This document shows positions 26,693 through 35,569 of a stretch of DNA of 57,631 nucleotides, piece by piece (the first letter of the stretch is position 1; the number at the start of each line of letters is the position of its first letter). The notes beneath the pieces are model-generated. The model was given only the letters and a program-made list of their open reading frames with translations. It made no database searches and had not been told where the DNA came from. A program made the translations under genes and the position numbers. Source of the DNA: Candidatus Curtissbacteria bacterium (lineage in GTDB: Bacteria; Patescibacteriota; Microgenomatia; Curtissbacterales; GWA2-41-24); the NCBI GenBank assembly GCA_024654445.1, contig JANLHP010000017.1, positions 210,524 through 268,154 of the forward strand, read 5' to 3'.

Positions 26693-27268
26693 ATGCCCAG
26701 ATTCCACAAAACAGACGTAAACGTAGACCATCACTCCGGCAGAGTTATTTCCAAGGAAGAACTTGATGCCAAAAGACAGGCAGCGGTTGAATCCAGAACG
26801 ATAGTTTCCTGGAAATCTCCGGTCCACATTTTTAAACAAAGGTCTAAAAAATACTTCACAAAAGTGGCGCTTTACGCGTTTGTCTTTATTCTGGCGGCGA
26901 TCGCTTTTGGAGAATTTTTCTTGGTCGGTGTAATTATCGCTTTGGTTTTTGTTGTTTATGTATTTGCCAATTCTGCTCCAGAGGTAATTGAACACAAAAT
27001 TACTAATTTGGGGATAATCAGCGGTGGGCGAGTATTTTTATGGGAAGAGCTGGATTCTTTTTGGTTCGATAAAAAGGGAGATGAGAGGCTGCTTTTGGTG
27101 CAAACTCACATGCATTTTCCTTCGCGGTTGATCTTGATTCTGACAACGATTTCGGAAAGAACCCTTTTAGAGCAACTGGAAAGACATCTCCATTATCACG
27201 CTGCACCGGTGCACACACTTTTGGATAAATGGGCCCATAAACTTCAGAGTAAAATAAGCTTAGATTAG
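26693..27268 (+). CDS. Conserved CPR membrane protein (DUF5673-like, PH-like)
   Basis: WKSP...KQRSKKY, two TMs, HKITNLGI...FLWEELDSFWF. Confidence 0.8.
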   Translation: MPRFHKTDVNVDHHSGRVISKEELDAKRQAAVESRTIVSWKSPVHIFKQRSKKYFTKVALYAFVFILAAIAFGEFFLVGVIIALVFVVYVFANSAPEVIEHKITNLGIISGGRVFLWEELDSFWFDKKGDERLLLVQTHMHFPSRLILILTTISERTLLEQLERHLHYHAAPVHTLLDKWAHKLQSKISLD

Positions 27269-27280
27269 CCTTCTGAAGCT

Positions 27281-27316
27281 TGCGGTACTCGTTCTGAAAC
27301 AGAACTCCGTGCCTAA
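27281..27316 (+). repeat. Variant TGCGGTCCTCG..TGCGGGCCTAA mini-element
   Basis: TGCGGTACTC-GTTCTG AAA CAGAAC-TCCGTGCCTAA. Confidence 0.7.
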
Positions 27317-27352
27317 AACTCCAAAGCAAAATTTCATTGGATTAATTTTTAT

Positions 27353-27503
27353 TGTCATTCTGGAGCCCTTCATTCCTGTCATCCTGAGCGGAGCGAAGGA
27401 ATCGTCCTTTGTTCATGATAAACTCCGCGACAGAATCTATCCTTGAGATCCTATTCGAAGAAAAGCTTTGCTTATCGGTCGTTTTACTCCCTCCAGGATG
27501 ACA
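27353..27503. repeat. ~150-bp composite GTCATCCTGAGCGGAGCGAAGG REP-like element
   Basis: Near-copy of 24677-24833. Confidence 0.85.
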
Positions 27504-27576
27504 ACCCTTAATGTACACAGCCTTCGGCTGGTATAATTACGACGTTAAGTTGCGAGCAAAATTGGATATTATGTTT

Positions 27577-27653
27577 GTCCCTGTAGTTCAATTGGACAGA
27601 ACGCTTCCCTGCGAAGGAAGAGATTGGCCGTTCGAGTCGGCCCAGGGGCACCA
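27577..27653 (+). tRNA. tRNA-Arg(GCG)
   Basis: GTCCCTG/CAGGGGC acceptor, CTTCC-CTGCGAA-GGAAG anticodon arm, GGCCG-TTCGAGT-CGGCC, encoded ACCA. Confidence 0.93.
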
Positions 27654-27659
27654 TTTAAT

Positions 27660-27938
27660 ATGAAACTGACAGACGAAGAGGTACAAAATAAAATAAAAGA
27701 TTTACCGCTGTGGAAATATTCCGACGGTTTTCTTAGCAGAGAGCTGGAGTTTAACAGTTTTAGCGAGGCGCTGGAATTTGTAAATAATGTCGGTAAATTG
27801 GCGGAAAAGATGAATCATCATCCAAATATTTTGATGCATGATTACAAGAAAGTAGATATCACAACTTCTACTCACGACGAAGGTGGTGTTACCGCAAAAG
27901 ACTTTGAGTTAGCAAGGGGAATCGAGGAACTGACTTAA
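27660..27938 (+). CDS. Pterin-4-alpha-carbinolamine dehydratase
   Basis: F.SF.EAL.FVN.VG.LAE.MNHHP, STHDEGGVT.KDFELA; true start is ATG 27660 (the longer ORF overlaps the tRNA). Confidence 0.92.
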   Translation: MKLTDEEVQNKIKDLPLWKYSDGFLSRELEFNSFSEALEFVNNVGKLAEKMNHHPNILMHDYKKVDITTSTHDEGGVTAKDFELARGIEELT

Positions 27939-28384
27939 TGATCAAATGTACATTCGAAAATGGGACGCCGGCTTCTTTGAGGCATGTTGTGGTGGATGCG
28001 ATTGTAGTAAACAAAAAGAAAGAAATTTTACTCGTTAAGCGATCAAAAGATAAAGTTACAGAGGGTGGTAAGTGGGCACTGCCTGGGGGATTTATGGATC
28101 GAGACGAAACATTAATTGAAGCTGTTCTAAGAGAAACGAAAGAAGAAACAGGCTGGGAAATTGGGGACGTGGAGCTTTTGAGGGTTGTTGATAATCCGAA
28201 AAGGAGAAATGAGGATAGGCAGAACGTTGCATTTTTTTACACATGTGTTCCTGTTAAGAAATCCGGTAAAGCAGACGACGAATCAAGTGAGCAGAGATGG
28301 TTTAAGTTAGATGGGTTGCCTGAAGAGGAAGAAACGGCCTTCGATCATCTGGAAATTATCGAGTTTTATTTAAGGAATAAGTAG
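27938..28384 (+). CDS. Nudix hydrolase (ADP-ribose pyrophosphatase-like)
   Basis: WALPGG...DETL.EA..RETKEETG Nudix box; AFDH. Confidence 0.92.
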   Translation: MIKCTFENGTPASLRHVVVDAIVVNKKKEILLVKRSKDKVTEGGKWALPGGFMDRDETLIEAVLRETKEETGWEIGDVELLRVVDNPKRRNEDRQNVAFFYTCVPVKKSGKADDESSEQRWFKLDGLPEEEETAFDHLEIIEFYLRNK

Positions 28385-28470
28385 GAGGCGTCGCATAGTG
28401 GACTAGTGCGGTCGTTTCGAAAACGACTTTCGGGGCAACTCGAACGCAGGTTCGAATCCTGCCGCCTCCG
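28384..28470 (+). tRNA. tRNA-Ser(CGA)
   Basis: GGAGGCG/CGCCTCC, GTCGT-TTCGAAA-ACGAC, long variable arm; first G shared with the Nudix TAG stop. Confidence 0.95.
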
Positions 28471-28490
28471 CCTTCGTCCGACGAAGAATT

Positions 28491-28898
28491 ATGAAAAGAG
28501 TTTTTAGTGCTGGTGGAATAGTAGTAAGGGATTTTGATGGCGAGAAAAAGGTTCTGGTCACTCAACATTCCGGCCATCATGGTTGGGATTTTCCAAAAGG
28601 ACATGTGGAGAAAGGTGAAAAGAGTGTTGATGCTGCAATTCGTGAGGTGGAGGAAGAGACTGGAGTTAAAGCGGAAGTTGTCGAAAAGGTTGGAGACACG
28701 AAGTATTTTTACGACGAGGAGAAGGAGAAAGTTTTTAAGACGGTTGTTTATTTTTTAATGAAATATGTAGAAGAAGGTGAAGCGACTACAGCTTGGGAGG
28801 TTTCTGCAAAAGAGTGGCTACCTGTCGACGAAGTAGAAGATAAATTAACGTTTGGTGATTCTAAAAAACTATTTAGTGAGGTAAAGAGTAGAATTTAA
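28491..28898 (+). CDS. Nudix hydrolase (Ap4A-hydrolase-like)
   Basis: SAGGIV, WDFPKGHVEKGE....AAIREVEEETG. Confidence 0.92.
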   Translation: MKRVFSAGGIVVRDFDGEKKVLVTQHSGHHGWDFPKGHVEKGEKSVDAAIREVEEETGVKAEVVEKVGDTKYFYDEEKEKVFKTVVYFLMKYVEEGEATTAWEVSAKEWLPVDEVEDKLTFGDSKKLFSEVKSRI

Positions 28899-28905
28899 TA
28901 AATTC

Positions 28906-28943
28906 TGCGGTCCTCGTCGAGCGTGGCTCGACTGCGGGCCTAA
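28906..28943 (+). repeat. TGCGGTCCTCG..TGCGGGCCTAA mini-element
   Basis: TGCGGTCCTC-GTCGAGC GTG GCTCGAC-TGCGGGCCTAA. Confidence 0.8.
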
Positions 28944-28961
28944 GAATAAGTGATTAAATTT

Positions 28962-29051
28962 GGAGGAGTCGCATATACAGTGCCCCTTCCATAACTCAGG
29001 GCCATGGCATGCGGTCCTCGACTAAAGTCTGCGGGCCTAATGTGGACTAGT
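28962..29051 (+). other. tRNA-Ser 5' piece with ~66-nt insert in the D-loop
   Basis: GGAGGAGTCGCATA-[TACAGTGCCCC...TGCGGGCCTAAT]-GTGGACTAGT. Confidence 0.8.
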
Positions 29052-29058
29052 CAGACAT

Positions 29059-29145
29059 GGTGGGATGCGAGAGTGGTTTAATCGGCGGACCTGGAAAGTC
29101 CGTGTAGTCGTAAGATTACCGTGGGTTCGAATCCCACTCCCACCG
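29059..29145 (+). tRNA. tRNA-Ser(GGA)
   Basis: GGTGGGA/TCCCACC, CGGAC-CTGGAAA-GTCCG, long variable arm, GGGTTCGAATCCC. Confidence 0.95.
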
Positions 29146-29154
29146 CAGGAGAAC

Positions 29155-29222
29155 GAGGAGGTTGGTAAATAGTGCAACTGAAAGGCACTATTCGCGCGAA
29201 TGCGCACATCCCTCCTCCTCCG
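29155..29222 (+). other. tRNA-Ser 3' piece with double-hairpin insert in the T-loop
   Basis: GGTTGG-[TAAATAGTGCAACTGAAAGGCACTATTCGCGCGAATGCGCAC]-ATCCCTCCTCCTCCG. Confidence 0.75.
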
Positions 29223-29239
29223 CATCGGTTTGACGACAG

Positions 29240-29734
29240 ATGAAAAATATTTCTTTAGACGAATTAAATAGGTTTTTAGGAGAGGCTTCTCTTAAAACTT
29301 ATGCTGGAACCGGTGTGGAGACGAAGGCTACAATAAAGGGTTTTAAAGAATTGGAGTATAGGGATGGCGATTGGTATTACAGGGATAATTACACGGGCTT
29401 TTTTAAATCTTGGGGACAGGAAGTAGTTTGGTATAAGGATCAGCCCGTCTGGATGAGTCTTTACGGAGGAGGTTTGGAGAAAGAATTTTATGGAGACGAA
29501 GCCTTTGCAATTAAAATCTTTAATTTTTTAAAAAAGGCATTATCTTCCGGGGAAAAGTCCAAGAACTTTCAGCCCAGAGGCCCCAAAAATTTAAGTGATG
29601 GGGATTGGGTTTATCATTGTCAATGGACTGGAGATTTATCAGATTTCAAAGGTCATGAAGAAATTTTATATAAAGGCAGGGTGGTATTTACCCACGATTT
29701 TATTGGGGGAGTAGTTATTCCGAGAAAAGTGTAG
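29240..29734 (+). CDS. DUF5680-like hypothetical protein
   Basis: TYAG, Y.DGDW.YRD.Y.G....GQEVVW....PVW.M.YGG, FLKKAL, PRGP. Confidence 0.8.
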   Translation: MKNISLDELNRFLGEASLKTYAGTGVETKATIKGFKELEYRDGDWYYRDNYTGFFKSWGQEVVWYKDQPVWMSLYGGGLEKEFYGDEAFAIKIFNFLKKALSSGEKSKNFQPRGPKNLSDGDWVYHCQWTGDLSDFKGHEEILYKGRVVFTHDFIGGVVIPRKV

Positions 29735-29748
29735 AATACAGGGCGCAG

Positions 29749-31518
29749 ATGGACCAGGTAGACGAGGTTAAGAGCAAGGTAGACATTGTAGAAGTTATTT
29801 CTTCTTATATTCCTTTAAAAAAAGCTGGGCGTAATTATTCGGGGCTTTGCCCGTTTCACGGAGAAAAGACGCCTTCTTTTATGGTTTCTCCGGAACGCCA
29901 GGCTTTTAAGTGTTTCGGTTGTGGTGAAGGTGGAGATGTTTTTACGTTTCTGGAAAAGCAGGAAGGTTGGGATTTTAAGGAAACCTTGGAGGAGTTGGCA
30001 AAAAGAGCTGGTGTTACGCTTCGTGACTTTAAACCGACGAAACAAAGTACTCAGAAAGAAAAATTATTAGAAATTCACAAGCTTTCGGAAAAGTTTTATA
30101 ACTACATACTTTTGGAGCACAAAAGCGGTGAAAGAGCACGGGATTATTTGAAGAACAGGGGAGTCGAGCGCGATTTGTGGGAAAAATTTGGAATAGGTTT
30201 TGCGCCAAAAGGTTGGGAGAATCTAGCTGGATTTTTAGCTAAGCACAAATTTAATTTGGCGGACATTTCGACTGCGGGGCTGGTTGTTGGCAGGAGCGGC
30301 AGAGCGGGATCTTACTACGATCGGTTCCGCGAAAGAATTATGTTTCCTCTCAAAGATTCGCGAGGTGTAATTATGGGTTTTGCGGGGCGAGTTTTAGACG
30401 CAAATGCCAAAGAAGCAAAATACGTCAACAGTCCGCAAACGCCTATATACAATAAAGGCTCTTTGCTTTTTGGATTGGATTTGGCAAGGAATGCGATTCG
30501 CGAGAAAAATGAAGCAGTTTTAGTCGAAGGTGAATTTGACGTAATTTCTGCCCATAAAGCCGGAGTTTTGAACGTTGTTGCTTCTAAGGGAACAGCGCTT
30601 ACAGAAGGACAGGTGGCGATTCTTTCCAGGATTTGCGACAAAGTTATAGTTTGCTTCGATACGGATTTGGCCGGGGATGCTGCAGCGAGGCGGGGAATAG
30701 AACTTTTGGATCTTGCGGGGGTAAGCATTCGAGTTGCAGACATGGGTAAGTTTAAAGATCCGGATGAATTTGCGCAAAATGATCCTGCGGGTTTTGCCCA
30801 AGCGCTGGAAAAAAGCAAAGACGTTTATGATTATTTTATAGATTCAGCAAGCAGCAGGTTTAATGCAACGAGCAGTGAAGGTAAAAAGAAAATCGGGCGT
30901 GAGGTTTTGCCGATTTTGGGCAAGATTACGGACGACTTGGTGAGAGCGCACTATATCGCCAGGCTTGCTAAGGTGTTGGACCTTGATGTTCAATTGGTTT
31001 CGGAGGCTGTCAGTAAAAAGTCCACGTTTATTGGTAGTAGTGATGTTCCAGGCCAGGGTGTTGTTAATAAACAGGTGAGTCAGGAGGATTATTTTCTGGC
31101 GCTTTTGGTTTACAAAGAGGACATTGTAAGTGACTTTTTTGAGATACTTAAGGCGCAAGACTTTACAAGTGACAGTGCGAAGAAGTTTTGGGTGGCGCTG
31201 CGTGGTATAATTAAGGATCCTAAAATCCGGACTATGAGCCGGGCAGTAGGTAAACTGCCAAAAGATCTTTCCGATTATTGCGACCATCTATATCTTGTCA
31301 ACCTAAGCCTAGAGTTTGACGATAGGGAATTGTGGGCGCAAGAGGTAATAAAAATTAGCGGTATGATAAAGCGAGCGTCACTTAAAAGACAGCTTGAAGG
31401 ATTGTCACAGAAGCTAAAAGAGGCTCAAAACAAGGAAAATGACCGCGAAATTGGAATTTTACTCGCGCAATTTGGGAAGATATCAGAAGACATTCGACAA
31501 CTAGAAGCAAATAGTTAA
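29749..31518 (+). CDS. dnaG: DNA primase
   Basis: [18 protein letters not shown] Zn finger, [26 protein letters not shown]. Confidence 0.98.
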   Translation: MDQVDEVKSKVDIVEVISSYIPLKKAGRNYSGLCPFHGEKTPSFMVSPERQAFKCFGCGEGGDVFTFLEKQEGWDFKETLEELAKRAGVTLRDFKPTKQSTQKEKLLEIHKLSEKFYNYILLEHKSGERARDYLKNRGVERDLWEKFGIGFAPKGWENLAGFLAKHKFNLADISTAGLVVGRSGRAGSYYDRFRERIMFPLKDSRGVIMGFAGRVLDANAKEAKYVNSPQTPIYNKGSLLFGLDLARNAIREKNEAVLVEGEFDVISAHKAGVLNVVASKGTALTEGQVAILSRICDKVIVCFDTDLAGDAAARRGIELLDLAGVSIRVADMGKFKDPDEFAQNDPAGFAQALEKSKDVYDYFIDSASSRFNATSSEGKKKIGREVLPILGKITDDLVRAHYIARLAKVLDLDVQLVSEAVSKKSTFIGSSDVPGQGVVNKQVSQEDYFLALLVYKEDIVSDFFEILKAQDFTSDSAKKFWVALRGIIKDPKIRTMSRAVGKLPKDLSDYCDHLYLVNLSLEFDDRELWAQEVIKISGMIKRASLKRQLEGLSQKLKEAQNKENDREIGILLAQFGKISEDIRQLEANS

Positions 31519-31531
31519 AGGAGAAAATACA

Positions 31532-32695
31532 GTGCCAAGAGTTGCAAAATCAAAAACACAAACAGTAGACCCAACAGAAAAAACTGAAGAACAACGCGAA
31601 AAAGCGGCTGCTCTAACTCGCAAATTAGAGATCAGGAAACTTCTTAAAAGAGGTAAAGATCAAGGATTTGTCGCGCAAGAAGAAATTCTAGCGATCTTTC
31701 CTATGGTTGAGCGAAACATCGAGGAAGTAGATGATCTTTACTTCAAATTGCTAACAGAGGGTGTCGACGTTTTCGACACGACAGAAATGGACTCTTCGGA
31801 TATGTCCAAATCTGTGACCGAGCTTGAAAAAGAGCTTGAAGGTTTGGCGACACTCGAGGAAGGATATCTTTCTGATCCGGTGAGGATGTATCTGCGGGAA
31901 ATTGGTCGAGTTTCTTTGCTTACTTATGAGGAAGAGGTTTCTCTTGCAAAGAGGGTTGAGAAGAACGATAGAAGGGCGAGAGAGCGTTTAATTAACGCCA
32001 ACTTAAGGCTTGTTGTTTCCATCGCCAAGAAATATGTAAACCGTGGACTTACTCTTCTGGATTTGATCGAGGAAGGAAACATCGGACTGATGAGGGCGGT
32101 CGAAAAATACGACTGGAGACGCGGATACAAATTCTCTACATACGCGACTTGGTGGATCAGGCAGGCAATAACTAGGGCGATTGCGGACCAGGCAAGGACG
32201 ATTCGAATTCCCGTCCACATGGTCGAAACGATCAACAAATTCAACAGAATTTCCAGAAAATTAATGCAGGAATTAGGACGTGAACCGACTCCGGAAGAAG
32301 TTGCGCTCGAGATGGAGATCGAGCCGGATAAGGTTCGTGAAATTATTAAAGTTTCACAAGAACCAGCATCTTTGGAGGCACCTGTTGGTGAGGAAGAGGA
32401 TAGCAGGCTTGGAGATTTCATTCAGGACGCTTCTGCTTCACCGACGGATCAGGCAACACAGGCGCTGCTTAAAGATCACATCCGTGAAGTTTTAGGGTCA
32501 CTTTCACCGAGGGAAGCAAAGGTTTTAGAATACAGATTTGGTCTGGAGGATGGGAAACAGAGGACGCTGGAAGAAGTAGGAAAAGAATTCGGTGTAACGC
32601 GTGAGCGAATCAGGCAGATTGAAGCAAAAGCGATCAGAAAACTTCGACATCCTACCCGCGCGAAGAAACTTCGAGACTATTTAGAGACTGTTTAG
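31532..32695 (+). CDS. rpoD: Primary sigma factor (sigma-70/SigA)
   Basis: [59 protein letters not shown]. Confidence 0.98.
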   Translation: MPRVAKSKTQTVDPTEKTEEQREKAAALTRKLEIRKLLKRGKDQGFVAQEEILAIFPMVERNIEEVDDLYFKLLTEGVDVFDTTEMDSSDMSKSVTELEKELEGLATLEEGYLSDPVRMYLREIGRVSLLTYEEEVSLAKRVEKNDRRARERLINANLRLVVSIAKKYVNRGLTLLDLIEEGNIGLMRAVEKYDWRRGYKFSTYATWWIRQAITRAIADQARTIRIPVHMVETINKFNRISRKLMQELGREPTPEEVALEMEIEPDKVREIIKVSQEPASLEAPVGEEEDSRLGDFIQDASASPTDQATQALLKDHIREVLGSLSPREAKVLEYRFGLEDGKQRTLEEVGKEFGVTRERIRQIEAKAIRKLRHPTRAKKLRDYLETV

Positions 32696-32735
32696 GCTTC
32701 TGTTCTTCTCCTTTTGACTGTGATTTAATAGCAGG

Positions 32736-32978
32736 GTGAAATTTTTGAAACTCCTCTGGCGAAAGTGGAAGCCGATTGCTCACGCAATTGGTGACTTTCA
32801 GGCCCAGGTAATTTTAACTATTTTCTACTTCGTATTTTTTCTACCGCTCGGAATTATTTTTGCAGTAATTGCCGATCCTCTGAGGATTCACTACAGTCGA
32901 GCTAAAAAGAAAAGGTCTAATTTTGTTGATTGGGAACACGAAAAGGACAATTTAGCCACTGCTCACCGGCAATTTTGA
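32736..32978 (+). CDS. SxtJ-like small membrane protein
   Basis: W...AHAIG.FQ..VILTIFYF....PLG......DPL...W...RQF; adjacent to carbamoyltransferase. Confidence 0.75.
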   Translation: MKFLKLLWRKWKPIAHAIGDFQAQVILTIFYFVFFLPLGIIFAVIADPLRIHYSRAKKKRSNFVDWEHEKDNLATAHRQF

Positions 32979-33080
32979 ATTGACCTAATTGGTCTAATTA
33001 TTCTAATTAACCTAAATAATTTAGAAATTCCTAAATTAAAAAATTGATTAGAAATTAGGAATTAGAAATTAAAAATTTCA
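32979..33080. repeat. AT-rich 9-mer/7-mer imperfect palindromic tract
   Basis: CTAATTGGT CTAATTATT CTAATTAAC ... ATTAGAA ATTAGGA ATTAGAA ATTAAAA. Confidence 0.6.
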
Positions 33081-33082
33081 GA

Positions 33083-34867
33083 ATGTATATTCTCGGAATC
33101 GCATGTTTTTATCACGAATCCAGCGCTTGTTTAATACGCGACGGAAAGGTCGTTGCCGCTAGCGCGGAAGAGAGATTTACAAGAAAAAAGCACGACAGTG
33201 ATTTTCCAAAAGAAGCGATTAAATTTTGTCTCCAGAAAGCGGGAATTAAGATTAAAGATGTCAATTACGTTGTCTATTACGAAAAGCCATTCTGGAAATT
33301 TGCCAGAATATTATTTTCCACTCTAGCTTCTTATCCGCAAGCTTACAGATTATTTGCAAAAGGAATGATTACTTGGCTTTCCGACAAACTTTGGGTAAGG
33401 TCGATAATCGCGGACGAACTTAATATCGGCAAAGAAAAGATTCTATTTGTTCCTCATCACGTCTCTCACGCGGCATCGGCCTTTTATCCCTCGGGTTTTG
33501 ATGAAGCGGCTGTTATGACTTTTGACGGAGTCGGGGAGTGGACAACCGCAACTTACGGTGTTGGACGGGGGAAAGACCTTGATATATACGCTGAAATTAG
33601 ATTTCCACATAGCATTGGGCTTTTGTATTCGGTTTTTACGGCGTTTTTAGGCTTCGAAGTTAATGACGGGGAATACAAAGTGATGGGCATGGCGCCATAT
33701 GGAAAGCCGAAATATTTGGACAAGGTGCGAAAATTGGTCAAGGTTTATCCCGATGGTTCTCTGCATCTTAAAATGGAATATTTTACCTTCCACAAGTCTC
33801 CAGAAAAATCATATTCCGACAAATTCATAGAGCTGTTTGGTGAACCCCGGCCTCATGATTTCTATTTTTTTACGAGAAGTAGCGGATATCCTGATTATTT
33901 TGGAGAAAAACCGAAGAACTACAAAGAGCTTGCGGACTTAAACCAAAAATACGCAGACATTGCGGCTTCGATTCAAGCTTTTACAGAAGAAATAATCCTG
34001 AAACTGGCCGATACAGTTCATAGGAAAACTAAGATGGATAATATTTGTATTGCCGGAGGAGTCGGATTGAATAGTGTGGCAAACGGAGTGCTTCTGAGGA
34101 AAGGACCTTTTAAAAGAGTATTTGTGCAACCGGCTGCGGGTGATGACGGCGGCAGTTTGGGTGCCGCACTTTACGTGTATCATGCGATTTTAGGTAAAAG
34201 AAGAACATTTGTTCAGGATAATTGTTATTTTGGTGCGGATTTTACAGATTCTCAAATTGAAAAGTTTTTGAGAAAAAAGAGGATTAAATTTAAAAAGATC
34301 ACTTCCGAAGAAAAGCTGACGGATTTTCTTGCGAGTTCTATTGTGGACGGGAAGGTAATCGGGCTGTATCACGGCAGGGCAGAGTGGGGGCCGAGGGCAC
34401 TTGGCGCAAGATCGATAATGGCGGACCCGAGGCGCGACGAAATGAAGGATATTGTTAATACCAAGATTAAATTCCGAGAGCCTTATAGACCTTTCGCGCC
34501 TGTAGTCTTGGCCGAGAAAGCGAAAGACTACTTTGAGCTTGGCGATTTGGAGCACGAATACCTGACACGCTTTATGCTTGGAGTTTTTCCGGTCAAAAAG
34601 GATAAAAGGAAGGTGATTCCAGCGATTACTCACGTAGATGGATCGGGTCGTTTGCAGATAATTTCGGAAAAACAGAATGCGCGTTATTACAACATCATCA
34701 AAAAATTCGGCAAAAAGACGGGCGTTTATGTTCTAATGAATACCTCCTTTAACCTAAAAGGCGAGCCAATTGTAAATTCACCGGAAAACGCTTTCAATAC
34801 GTTTTCCAAGTCGGGTTTGGATATTTTAGCGCTTGAAAAATATATAGTTCTTAAGGAAGACCTTTAA
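33083..34867 (+). CDS. O-carbamoyltransferase (NodU/CmcH/SxtI family)
   Basis: ILGI...YHESSA, EERFTRKKHD, HHVSHAASAF, DGVGE, EYKVMGMAPYG, EWGPRALGARS, KFREPYRPFAP, NTSFN. Confidence 0.95.
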   Translation: MYILGIACFYHESSACLIRDGKVVAASAEERFTRKKHDSDFPKEAIKFCLQKAGIKIKDVNYVVYYEKPFWKFARILFSTLASYPQAYRLFAKGMITWLSDKLWVRSIIADELNIGKEKILFVPHHVSHAASAFYPSGFDEAAVMTFDGVGEWTTATYGVGRGKDLDIYAEIRFPHSIGLLYSVFTAFLGFEVNDGEYKVMGMAPYGKPKYLDKVRKLVKVYPDGSLHLKMEYFTFHKSPEKSYSDKFIELFGEPRPHDFYFFTRSSGYPDYFGEKPKNYKELADLNQKYADIAASIQAFTEEIILKLADTVHRKTKMDNICIAGGVGLNSVANGVLLRKGPFKRVFVQPAAGDDGGSLGAALYVYHAILGKRRTFVQDNCYFGADFTDSQIEKFLRKKRIKFKKITSEEKLTDFLASSIVDGKVIGLYHGRAEWGPRALGARSIMADPRRDEMKDIVNTKIKFREPYRPFAPVVLAEKAKDYFELGDLEHEYLTRFMLGVFPVKKDKRKVIPAITHVDGSGRLQIISEKQNARYYNIIKKFGKKTGVYVLMNTSFNLKGEPIVNSPENAFNTFSKSGLDILALEKYIVLKEDL

Positions 34868-34980
34868 TCAAAATTCGAAACAATTTCAAATGTTCAAATT
34901 TTCGAATTGATGTTTTGAGAATTTTAATTTAAGATTTAGAAGATTGTTTCGGATTTTGATATTCGATATTCGGATTTTTA
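34868..34980. repeat. Heptamer-period imperfect palindromic tract
   Basis: AAATTCGAAACAATTTCAAATG ... TTTCGGATTTTGATATTCGATATTCGGATTT. Confidence 0.6.
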
Positions 34981-34985
34981 AACTT

Positions 34986-35165
34986 ATGAAGTTTCTTAAG
35001 GGATTTGTTTCTAGAAGCGGTGAGGCTGGGGAGTTGTTAGAGTTTCTGTGGAAAGCTAAGCTTTGGTTTTTGATTCCATTTGTAATCGTTCTTCTTGCGT
35101 TTGGTTTGCTCCTGGTCTTTGCTCAGGCTACTGGAGTCGCTCCATTTATCTACACATTGATTTAA
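34986..35165 (+). CDS. SxtK-like (DUF5989) small membrane protein
   Basis: ELLEFLW..K.WFLIP...VAPFIYTL; ATG 34986 preferred. Confidence 0.85.
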   Translation: MKFLKGFVSRSGEAGELLEFLWKAKLWFLIPFVIVLLAFGLLLVFAQATGVAPFIYTLI

Positions 35166-35189
35166 AAAAAGAGTTTATTTCTAAGAAAA

Positions 35190-35534
35190 TTAGTGAGGTT
35201 TTATATATTGGAGGACTTGAGTAACGGGGGCTATCGCGTCTTGTCCACGAACGAAAGCTGATCCAGGTGTTTCTCTGTAAGTAACAGAGTCGAAGCCGCC
35301 ACCGGCGGTCAAGTTCACTTCTATCGGTTCATGACTGGAACATAGTATTTTCAGTTCGATGTGATCGGCATCTCCTTCGTGCTGATAGATCGCGTCCACA
35401 ATTGGTTCTCTGGTACCGTTAACAGGTCTGTTTACGGCTCCTGAATATCCATCGAAACCTAGGGCGGATTTGTAGCCTCTCATGAGGCTGGCTGCATTGG
35501 GGACAGAAGGTTGTCTTTCGTTTCGTTCTCGCAT
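35190..35534 (-). CDS. Hypothetical protein
   Basis: 114-aa ORF filling the gap; no family recognised. Confidence 0.55.
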   Translation of the reverse strand: MRERNERQPSVPNAASLMRGYKSALGFDGYSGAVNRPVNGTREPIVDAIYQHEGDADHIELKILCSSHEPIEVNLTAGGGFDSVTYRETPGSAFVRGQDAIAPVTQVLQYIKPH

Positions 35535-35569
35535 TTGAAATTTACACGGGCAGACTTGATAATCTCTCT

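Noticed and set aside
25596..29222. tRNA 3' duplicates as attR of an intact prophage or ICE
   Set aside because: Only 6-70 nt separate each piece from its tRNA and no integrase is present; 5' pieces are also duplicated, which simple integration does not explain
28356..29225. Minus-strand ORFs 28356..28604 and 29037..29225
   Set aside because: Antisense to tRNA-Ser genes (GGGGRIRT / GGSGIRTH are typical tRNA shadows)
32736..35165. Saxitoxin biosynthesis
   Set aside because: Only sxtI/J/K-like genes; no sxtA, sxtG or other core genes in the window
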